Below are positions 1 to 5,744 of a stretch of 16,036 bases of DNA, piece after piece. Below the pieces are notes generated by a model. It saw only the letters and a program-made list of their open reading frames with translations, ran no database searches and was not told the origin of the DNA. The stretch comes from a virus. Position numbers and translations under genes: made by a program. Numbering within the stretch: position 1 is the stretch's first letter; every line of letters begins with the position of its first letter. The DNA is taken from the IMG/VR virus record IMGVR_UViG_3300012985_000282; one strand, given 5' to 3'.

Positions 1-192
1 AACAAAGAACAATGAATCGTGGTGTAACACGAAGGTCCAACCGTCGTTACGAGCCCAGATGACCAGCACGATGCACCAGTCGTCGGTCAATCGAGACGCA
101 TCGTTGATGGGTTCGAAGACGTCAGGTCGCTCGTACAACGAGGTGTCAGGACCGATCCAGACGATGTCACCAGGGCACACGCGATCGTCCAT
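1..192 (-). CDS. PGD-GW small-domain paralog, N-terminal portion only (3' end lies beyond window edge)
   Basis: Minus-strand ATG at 190-192 reads MDDRVCPGDIVWIGPDTSLYERPDVFEPINDASRLTDDWCIVLVIWARNDGWTFVLHH... to the window edge. It has the family N-motif (CPGDIVW) and a hydrophobic LVIW core. It is missing from the ORF track because it runs off the window. There is a 9-nt gap to the stop of the upstream gene at 202. Confidence 0.5.
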   Translation of the reverse strand, partial: MDDRVCPGDIVWIGPDTSLYERPDVFEPINDASRLTDDWCIVLVIWARNDGWTFVLHHDSLFFV

Positions 193-201
193 GTTGGATA
201 A

Positions 202-531
202 CTACCCGACGATGCGTAACCAACCTCTTTTTTCGATGCCAAAGACAAAGACCAACCTCTGTAAGCGATGGTGTAACACGTACGTGTACGTGTTCACTTC
301 GTTAACGAACGAACCCGCTCGAACCTCGTGGCTGATGACTGTCATCATGTCACCGTACTTGAACCTGATGAAACCGTGCTCGACGCTGCCGTAGGGTAAC
401 CCAACCCGGTTGTCAACGTCTTCATTTTCTGTTATCGTCGTGACTAACGTACCCGGAACGTATCGCCCGATGTTCAGTAGCGCTTTCGATAGGTCATTTT
501 CGCTCATCGACCTTGCCGATGACGAATCCAA
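202..531 (-). CDS. PGD-GW small-domain paralog (alternative start at Met9, 505-507)
   Basis: 109-aa ORF with YVPGTLVTTITEN near the N-terminus, MMTVISHEV mid strand and LVFVFGIEKRGWLRIVG at the C-terminus. It overlaps the stop of the upstream membrane-protein gene. Confidence 0.55.
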   Translation of the reverse strand: MDSSSARSMSENDLSKALLNIGRYVPGTLVTTITENEDVDNRVGLPYGSVEHGFIRFKYGDMMTVISHEVRAGSFVNEVNTYTYVLHHRLQRLVFVFGIEKRGWLRIVG

Positions 532-751
532 TCGTCCTGCCCATCAACCAAAAGACAGTCGCGACAAGGATTCCCATGTCTGTCATGGGCCACAACACTG
601 CCGCGCCAAAGATGATGGTGGGATCGAGCAGGATCCTAGCCTCACCCTTGTAGAAGCGCTTGAAGAAACGAGCGCTCAGGATGAGGACGACCACGTTGAT
701 GAGGACTGGAACCCAGTATTGCTTTGGGTGCTGCATGAAGTACCACAACAT
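494..751 (-). CDS. small hydrophobic membrane protein (2-3 predicted TM helices), unknown function
   Basis: 85-aa ORF MLWYFMQHPKQYWVPVLINVVVLILSARFFKRFYKGEARILLDPTIIFGAAVLWPMTDMGILVATVFWLMGRTIGFVIGKVDERK. It contains long hydrophobic stretches and starts 4 nt after the stop of the upstream paralog. Confidence 0.5.
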   Translation of the reverse strand: MLWYFMQHPKQYWVPVLINVVVLILSARFFKRFYKGEARILLDPTIIFGAAVLWPMTDMGILVATVFWLMGRTIGFVIGKVDERK

Positions 752-755
752 CCAG

Positions 756-1034
756 TCATCCTACCTTGTGACTGCTTGACGGTACACCTAACAGCGACGC
801 GATGGGACACCACCAGATCCTGTCACGAACGAACACTATCACACCGTGTTTGGTCAGGCGAGCGACGATGAAAACGAGGACGTTGGTTCTTGGCGTCAGC
901 ATGCGACAGCCCACCCCGAGCTCACGGCTGCCGTCAGGAGGCCAGGACAGCGATGACGAGCCAGAGTGCCACGTCGCCAGGCCTCCAGGCGCGAACGAAC
1001 CAGACGTCGTGTCAATCACCACATCCACCACCAC
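756..1034 (-). CDS. PGD-GW small-domain paralog (divergent, APGG instead of PGD)
   Basis: FAPGGLATWHSG N-motif, VLVFIVARL strand and VIVFVRDRIWWCPIASL C-motif. It overlaps the upstream gene by 19 nt. Confidence 0.45.
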   Translation of the reverse strand: MVVDVVIDTTSGSFAPGGLATWHSGSSSLSWPPDGSRELGVGCRMLTPRTNVLVFIVARLTKHGVIVFVRDRIWWCPIASLLGVPSSSHKVG

Positions 1035-1264
1035 AAGCCACGGTTAGGAACCAGGACGATCGCTCCGCGTGCCTTTGAGTTAGGAAAGCAAGCGACGATC
1101 AGGAGGCGGGTGTTCGCCTTGACGGTGCAGACCTCAGCGACGACCAGGTCGTCGATCAACACCTCGTCTGGATTGTAGAAGAACGGGCGGGACAACGTGG
1201 CATCGTGTGGCCAGTGAAGCGTGTCACCCGGCCTGGCGTATACCTCACGTTCCCAACTCGCCAT
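1016..1264 (-). CDS. PGD-GW small-domain paralog
   Basis: YARPGDTLHWPHD N-motif, RLLIVACFP strand and AIVLVPNRGLWWWMW C-terminus. Confidence 0.5.
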   Translation of the reverse strand: MASWEREVYARPGDTLHWPHDATLSRPFFYNPDEVLIDDLVVAEVCTVKANTRLLIVACFPNSKARGAIVLVPNRGLWWWMW

Positions 1265-1535
1265 CTGTAAACCTATTCATGACGGTGACAATGAAACCTC
1301 GAGAGACGGAATACACGATGAAGGTCGATGCGTACGATGCTATCTCTTCGCCGAACTCGTCCTTCCCATCGATCCTAGCCAGCACGAACAACGGTCGATT
1401 CGCAGTGATGATGCTTTGATGTTTTTCATCGTACGTCCTAAATATCGTCTCTGGTGCGACAACGACGTCACCTGGACACACGTCGGGCCAGGCAATCGAA
1501 AAGGGCACGAGCACGTGAAACTTTGGAGGTCTCAC
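1245..1535 (-). CDS. PGD-GW small-domain paralog
   Basis: VCPGDVVVAPE N-motif, PLFVLARIDGKDEFGEE region and FIVYSVSRGFIVTV. Its ATG overlaps the upstream stop as ATGA (1532-1535). Confidence 0.5.
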   Translation of the reverse strand: MRPPKFHVLVPFSIAWPDVCPGDVVVAPETIFRTYDEKHQSIITANRPLFVLARIDGKDEFGEEIASYASTFIVYSVSRGFIVTVMNRFTDGELGT

Positions 1536-1780
1536 CAGCCTGTCTCTCCCATCACTCTTAACCGATAGTCGGGCAACCAGTACAGCTGCCCTCGTTTCGT
1601 CAGCACGAGGATCGTCTTGAACGCTTCTTTCACGGGTCTGACGTTTGCGATCACGAGTAACGGCGCGTCACGTAGCGTCAATGGGTCAGCAATGGGAACG
1701 CTGAGATCCGAGTCAACCCATCCCGTGATCCCGTCGCTGAAGTCAGGTATCGCGGGCCTGGCGATCTGTCCTGGTCTCAT
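1532..1780 (-). CDS. PGD-GW small-domain paralog (start at internal Met, MRPGQIARP)
   Basis: The ORF-track ORF 1532..1849 has an N-terminal extension, but the Met at 1778-1780 overlaps the upstream stop (1777-1779) as ATGA. Motifs are MRPGQIARPAIPDF, PLLVIANVRP and TILVLTKRGQLYWLPDYRL. Confidence 0.6.
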   Translation of the reverse strand: MRPGQIARPAIPDFSDGITGWVDSDLSVPIADPLTLRDAPLLVIANVRPVKEAFKTILVLTKRGQLYWLPDYRLRVMGETGW

Positions 1781-2010
1781 GAGCCCAGCCTCTTGAGGTA
1801 CTCGGTACGGGTCCAACCGATGTTGTTCAAAGCAAAGACCAATGACCAATGGGCGTCACTGAAGATGACGAGGCCGACGTCACGGCACCGGAAGGCCGCG
1901 GCCACGTCGTTCTCGTTCCAGACGTCGTTCCGCCTGGGCTTGTTTCTCATCAAGACCAGATCTATGCTCAGGTAGTGAGCGTTCTTGACCAGGTCGCCCG
2001 CCAGGATCAC
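1777..2010 (-). CDS. PGD-GW small-domain paralog
   Basis: MILAGDLVKNAHY N-motif, GLVIFSDAHWSLVFALNNIGWTRTEYL C-motif. There is an ATGA overlap with the upstream stop at 2007-2010. Confidence 0.55.
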   Translation of the reverse strand: MILAGDLVKNAHYLSIDLVLMRNKPRRNDVWNENDVAAAFRCRDVGLVIFSDAHWSLVFALNNIGWTRTEYLKRLGS

Positions 2011-2315
2011 GGTTCCACCTCGCTCGTCACGACAGGGTAGTTCTCGTTCTCAGTGGCGATCCAACCCACCTGTCCGTTGGGCAACAACAGCATCAGGGCG
2101 TAAGCGCGAGTCACCTTTTTGCTTAGTTTGCTGTACCTTGCCATCATGACCTGCGTTTGAACCGGACCAGGATGCGTGGCGATGACGAGAGCGTCACCAA
2201 AACAATTCGGCCTGACAGCGATGCCTTTGAGCTCGATGAGGTCTTGAGAGATAGCGATCTCTGGGTACAGGCTCTGGCTCTCAAAGTAAATTGTCTGCCC
2301 AGGCTTGTAGCTCAT
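2007..2315 (-). CDS. PGD-GW small-domain paralog (start at MSYKPGQ)
   Basis: The internal Met at 2313-2315 overlaps the upstream stop 2312-2314 as ATGA. Motifs are YKPGQTIYFES, ALVIATHPGP and AYALMLLLPNGQVGWIATENENY. Confidence 0.65.
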   Translation of the reverse strand: MSYKPGQTIYFESQSLYPEIAISQDLIELKGIAVRPNCFGDALVIATHPGPVQTQVMMARYSKLSKKVTRAYALMLLLPNGQVGWIATENENYPVVTSEVEP

Positions 2316-2671
2316 GGAACTACCTTGCTGACCAGCTTCAACCTGATGGACGTTCGTGTCCACCCAAAACCCTTCTTAAAACCCGCGCCTCGTAGCAAGT
2401 AGTACCACTTAGCGTCTGTCTGACAATACTGAGCGGCCACGACGAGGCACCACTCGCCGTTCTGGACAGTGCCGACGAGTTTTTCGTTCAGGACCTTGTC
2501 CATCTGATTCACGGGTAACCCAGCAACTGACTTTGGGTAACCCACCTCCTGGAACAGGCCGAGCCATGACTTGATCCTACCAGAGTTTGGAGGGAACTCG
2601 ACGCCCGTGCACTGGACAAGGTCACCCGGCTCGAAGACGGGTGGATACGGTGGGAGCTTGTCAGTCGTCAT
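2312..2671 (-). CDS. PGD-GW small-domain paralog (start at MTTDKLPPYPPVFEPGDLV)
   Basis: The Met at 2669-2671 overlaps the upstream stop 2668-2670 as ATGA. Motifs are FEPGDLVQCTGVEF, EWCLVVAAQY and WYYLLRGAGFKKGFGWTRTSIRL. Confidence 0.6.
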   Translation of the reverse strand: MTTDKLPPYPPVFEPGDLVQCTGVEFPPNSGRIKSWLGLFQEVGYPKSVAGLPVNQMDKVLNEKLVGTVQNGEWCLVVAAQYCQTDAKWYYLLRGAGFKKGFGWTRTSIRLKLVSKVVP

Positions 2672-2973
2672 GCTTTCTTCACCAGCTCTGTTGGCAGCCA
2701 TCCGAACACAGGTCCCTCTGGCGTGTTGATGAACACGAATAGCCAGTCATTCATGGGATCTGACTCACAGTCGACGTTGACGACGATCGCGACGCCAGGA
2801 AATGAAGCAAAACAATCAGACTTGAAGTCAGGACCGTACCATACCGTGAAGAGCTTCTTCCCAGACCCGTACCTGATCAGGACGCCAGGAACGAACCCAC
2901 TTTGGATCGCTAGCGCCCGTCGGGTGCCGACGTCGTCGTCCTTGTAGAGATTATCAAAGTCGCCCCAGGCCAC
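2668..2973 (-). CDS. PGD-GW small-domain paralog
   Basis: FVPGVLIRYGS, VAIVVNVDCESDP and WLFVFINTPEGPVFGWLPTEL. It starts 6 nt after the upstream stop. Confidence 0.6.
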   Translation of the reverse strand: MAWGDFDNLYKDDDVGTRRALAIQSGFVPGVLIRYGSGKKLFTVWYGPDFKSDCFASFPGVAIVVNVDCESDPMNDWLFVFINTPEGPVFGWLPTELVKKA

Positions 2974-2979
2974 CGCGTC

Positions 2980-3222
2980 TCACTTCCTGCCGTTGACCAT
3001 GACAGTGCGACTGTCGAAATTGATCCACACGGGACCTGCTGTTTGGGTCAGTATGCATATGACAGGCACTCCATCGTCAGATGCTTCCTTGTGAACGGCG
3101 ATGACTAACAGGTCGTTGCCGAGTTTCATTCCCCAAGGAGAACCTCCAAGAAAGGCCTCGTTCAGCTTTGATAGCGACCAACCGTTGGTAGCACGAACGA
3201 CGTCTCCCGGTACGATCCTCAC
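2980..3222 (-). CDS. PGD-GW small-domain paralog
   Basis: MRIVPGDVVRATNGWSL, LLVIAVHKEASDDGVPVICILTQTAGPVWINF. There is an ATGA overlap with the stop of the MazG-like gene at 3219-3222. Confidence 0.6.
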   Translation of the reverse strand: MRIVPGDVVRATNGWSLSKLNEAFLGGSPWGMKLGNDLLVIAVHKEASDDGVPVICILTQTAGPVWINFDSRTVMVNGRK

Positions 3223-3536
3223 CTCTCGTCCTCGTCTAGCAGGACAGTGAAGCCAAGCTCACCACGTTCATCGAGCTTCTTGGCATACGCAGCCTCGAGC
3301 CTGCCTGGCTCAGACAGCTCGAGGTCGTCACACAGGCGCCGGACGACCTCAATGACGTCTGCCATCTCCTCGATCTCAGCTTCTGAGGCAGGCGGAGTCG
3401 CCTGCAGCTCGAGCGCCTCCTCGACGAGCTTGGCCTTGAGCAGCGTCCATCGTTCCTCGGGACCAGCGTGTCGGGTGTGTAACCTCTCGCCTTTCGAGGC
3501 TGCAATCGCTGGTACCTTGCTTCGGATCAGTTTCAT
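3219..3536 (-). CDS. MazG-like all-alpha nucleoside triphosphate pyrophosphohydrolase (PRA-PH/MazG superfamily)
   Basis: 105 aa: MKLIRSKVPAIAASKGE...LLKAKLVEEALEL...EEMADVIEVVRRL...AAYAKKLDERGELGFTVLLDE. This matches the widespread KLVRDKIPEII...LLEE..EF...EELADVLEVI...KKAEERGGF pattern of small MazG-like NTP-PPases. There is an ATGA overlap with the upstream gene. Confidence 0.8.
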   Translation of the reverse strand: MKLIRSKVPAIAASKGERLHTRHAGPEERWTLLKAKLVEEALELQATPPASEAEIEEMADVIEVVRRLCDDLELSEPGRLEAAYAKKLDERGELGFTVLLDEDER

Positions 3537-3718
3537 GGTTTCTCTTGTTGGGTTTTGCTGAAGAGCCTACGAACGACGAGCCAGGCGTTTGCTGAGCCGG
3601 TCACGAGAAGGATCGTTCCGAACACGTATCGACGGTCGACCAACGCCTTCACGCCAGAAGCCAGGCACAAGATCGCCGCGAACAAGTTGTACCAAGGTAT
3701 CTCACGTTTCGTTTCCAT
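3533..3718 (-). CDS. small membrane protein with two predicted TM helices, unknown function
   Basis: 61 aa: METKREIPWYNLFAAILCLASGVKALVDRRYVFGTILLVTGSANAWLVVRRLFSKTQQEKP. An AGGA-type RBS (AGGATGAGAGC) lies immediately 5' of the ATG. It is coupled by ATGA to the MazG-like gene. Confidence 0.5.
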   Translation of the reverse strand: METKREIPWYNLFAAILCLASGVKALVDRRYVFGTILLVTGSANAWLVVRRLFSKTQQEKP

Positions 3719-3753
3719 GCTCTCATCCTATCATGCGAGGACCTTAAATGACA

Positions 3754-3786
3754 TCATGCCGGCCCAAGAAAATTCCGGGCCGGCAT
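3754..3786 (-). terminator. perfect 11-bp GC-rich stem-loop (catgccggccc / 11-nt loop / gggccggcatg) about 20 nt after the flotillin stop; possible RNA-stabilising or attenuating element (coordinates +/-1)
   Basis: An inverted repeat can be read directly in the sequence. No strong U-tract follows it on the minus strand (ATGTCATTTAAGG), so if it terminates it does so only partially. Confidence 0.3.
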
Positions 3787-3805
3787 GGTGGTGTGTTACC
3801 TCAGC

Positions 3806-5659
3806 TCACTGTTTGGAAGCGACGGGCGCCTTCTCGAGTGTCGCTGGCGCGGTTGGGGCCGCGGTCTTGTACTTGTCCGCTAGCATCGTCGCTAGCAAGA
3901 CGTTGACCAAGGAACTGTCGTTCGTTCCGCCGTTGCCACCTGCGACGACCGACGGGACCAACGGGAAGCCAGAGGCAGCTAGCGCTCGAGCGATCTCGAT
4001 GCTTGCGTAGTTCTTCTGGTCGACGGCGTCTGCCTTCGCCTTGACGACGCCCGCCTCTGCCAAACCGACAGCGCTGATCTTCGAGCCTTCAGCGTCGCCG
4101 ATGAGCTTCAGCACCGAGGCGTCTGCCTCTGCGTTGATGGTCTTCGACTTGGCGTCACCTTCTGCTTTCTTCACCGCCGTCTGAGCATCGAACTCAGCAA
4201 TGGTAACCTTACGCTCGGCGTCGACGACCCTTGCTTGGGTCGCTGCCATTGCACGTGACTGTTCGAGCAACTTGCGTTGGTCTTCAGCCTGACGTTGCGT
4301 GGCGTACGTCTCTTGCTCTTGCTCTGCGATCTTACGATCGGTGAGCGTCTTCATCAGCTCAGCGGGAGGCGTGATGTCACCGATCAAGGTGTCGACAGCG
4401 ACGACGTTGTACTCGGTCAATGCGGTCTCGATCGCTTTCTTTGCGTCATCCTGGCGCTTCTGACGTTCTCCAAGGAACTTGATGACATCTGAACCTTGCG
4501 CAGCGTTGCGAAAGTAGTTGCCGATCGTCGGCTCGAGCACCTGGGTCACCAGGTTGGCGACCTTACCGAACCGAGCGATGACCCGAGGGGCGTCAGTGCG
4601 GGGGATGTGAATGATCTGGCTGACGTCGAGATTGAAGGTGAAGCCGTCGCTCGATCGAACGGTGATGGTACACAGGTTCTTGTCGAGGTTGTGTGCCTCG
4701 TTCTTGCCGTCGGCCCAGTTGAGCACCACGTTTGCAGTCGGTACCGCCTCGATCTTGTGGGTGTACGGGTTGATTGGGTACTTGCCTGGATCCAGCGGTT
4801 CGGCCCAGACGCCCTTCTCACCACGACCGACGAGGTTGCCGTGCTTGAATGCATCACCAGTCACGTCTACGCCCGGCTTGCCAACGAACGCAATGACCAC
4901 ACCTGCGTGAGCGATCGGCACCTCTGTCATCGGCACCTCTTCGACGGTTGCGAACAACGGGTTGATGTAGTAGCGACCGGCGAGAATGACCTGCTCCTGC
5001 AGGCCTTTCTTGCCTCCAGCGTTGACGAACGCTTGGGCGCTCTGGAACATGTTGTGTCCGACCACCTCTTCGCCAGCGATATCACCAGTTGCGAGCGGCG
5101 TGCCTTCCTTTGTCGTCACGACGCCGACTTGATTGTCCTTGATCTCGGTGACCTTCGCTAGCTCGACCTTGAACAGTTGCAGGTTGATGCGGTACGTACC
5201 AGGAGCGATGATCGCGATTTGAGGACCACGTTCTCCACCTCGGGTCAAGAAAGAACGAGCGTCTTGGAACGAGTCACAAGCGATCGATTGTCCAAGAACG
5301 CGACCGTCTGACGGAGTGCGGCCGTCTCGAGCGGTTACCACACCGAGCTGGTCACGGTTGATGGTGACGAATCCAACTTGCTCGACCTTGTACTGCCACG
5401 GCCACAACCAAAAGTGAACGCCCGGGGCGAGGGTGTCAGCTTGGACGCCTGCCTCGCCGTTGAGCGCGACGACCGCGCCGTCAGGCAACGACTTGTTGGC
5501 GCCGAAGAGGACGAACTTCTTGGTCACGATGCCGATGCTGTCCTCAGGGATGACGACGACGCCAAACATCCGAAGGACGAACTTGTGAAGGACCAGCGCT
5601 AGGACAACGCCCAGCAGGACCGCGCCTAAGGCGAGGTGAGAGACGATGAAATCTAACAT
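3806..5659 (-). CDS. SPFH/band-7 flotillin-like protein (YqiK/FloT family)
   Basis: The ORF track gives 3806..5728 from a TTG start. An in-frame ATG at 5657-5659 begins MLDFIVSHLALGAVLLGVVLALVLHKF, an N-terminal TM anchor, and is preceded by a purine-rich stretch. The protein has an SPFH-like core and a long Ala/Glu/Lys-rich coiled-coil C-terminal half (KAEGDAKSKTINAEADASVLKLIGDAEGSKISAVGLAEAGVVKAKADA...) with a GG-rich tail, as in bacterial flotillins. Confidence 0.88.
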   Translation of the reverse strand: MLDFIVSHLALGAVLLGVVLALVLHKFVLRMFGVVVIPEDSIGIVTKKFVLFGANKSLPDGAVVALNGEAGVQADTLAPGVHFWLWPWQYKVEQVGFVTINRDQLGVVTARDGRTPSDGRVLGQSIACDSFQDARSFLTRGGERGPQIAIIAPGTYRINLQLFKVELAKVTEIKDNQVGVVTTKEGTPLATGDIAGEEVVGHNMFQSAQAFVNAGGKKGLQEQVILAGRYYINPLFATVEEVPMTEVPIAHAGVVIAFVGKPGVDVTGDAFKHGNLVGRGEKGVWAEPLDPGKYPINPYTHKIEAVPTANVVLNWADGKNEAHNLDKNLCTITVRSSDGFTFNLDVSQIIHIPRTDAPRVIARFGKVANLVTQVLEPTIGNYFRNAAQGSDVIKFLGERQKRQDDAKKAIETALTEYNVVAVDTLIGDITPPAELMKTLTDRKIAEQEQETYATQRQAEDQRKLLEQSRAMAATQARVVDAERKVTIAEFDAQTAVKKAEGDAKSKTINAEADASVLKLIGDAEGSKISAVGLAEAGVVKAKADAVDQKNYASIEIARALAASGFPLVPSVVAGGNGGTNDSSLVNVLLATMLADKYKTAAPTAPATLEKAPVASKQ

Positions 5660-5697
5660 GTTTTTCTTTCTATTGTGATCAGAGCCAAAAGATGAAA

Positions 5698-5725
5698 GGC
5701 CGTCCCAGATCTCTCCAGGACGGCC
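5698..5725 (-). terminator. stem-loop (ggccgtcc / 12-nt loop containing agatct / ggacggcc) followed on the coding strand by TTTCATCTTTT; candidate intrinsic attenuator between the MVP and flotillin genes
   Basis: A perfect 8-bp GC-rich inverted repeat lies in the 85-nt MVP-flotillin intergenic spacer, with a T-rich tract 3' of it on the minus strand. Confidence 0.35.
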
Positions 5726-5744
5726 CAACGATCGTGCCTATCGA

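Noticed and set aside
59-871. Plus-strand ORFs 59..394 and 410..871
   Set aside because: They overlap motif-bearing minus-strand paralogs and the membrane-protein gene. They have a TTG/other start and a junk-like Ser/Thr/Arg-rich sequence.
3555-4010. 151-aa plus-strand ORF spanning the flotillin 3' end and the hairpin spacer
   Set aside because: It has a TTG start, runs antisense to the flotillin C-terminus and crosses the palindromic spacer. It has no supporting features.
4496-5161. 221-aa plus-strand ORF inside the flotillin gene
   Set aside because: It lies antisense to a high-confidence CDS and its translation is Arg/Asp/Leu-rich low-complexity with no recognisable domain. Long antisense ORFs of this kind are typical of GC-rich coding DNA.
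5660-5728. TTG start at 5726-5728 for the flotillin gene, as in the ORF track
   Set aside because: The in-frame ATG at 5657-5659 immediately precedes the hydrophobic TM anchor and has a purine-rich RBS. The 23-codon TTG extension would run through the MVP-flotillin hairpin.
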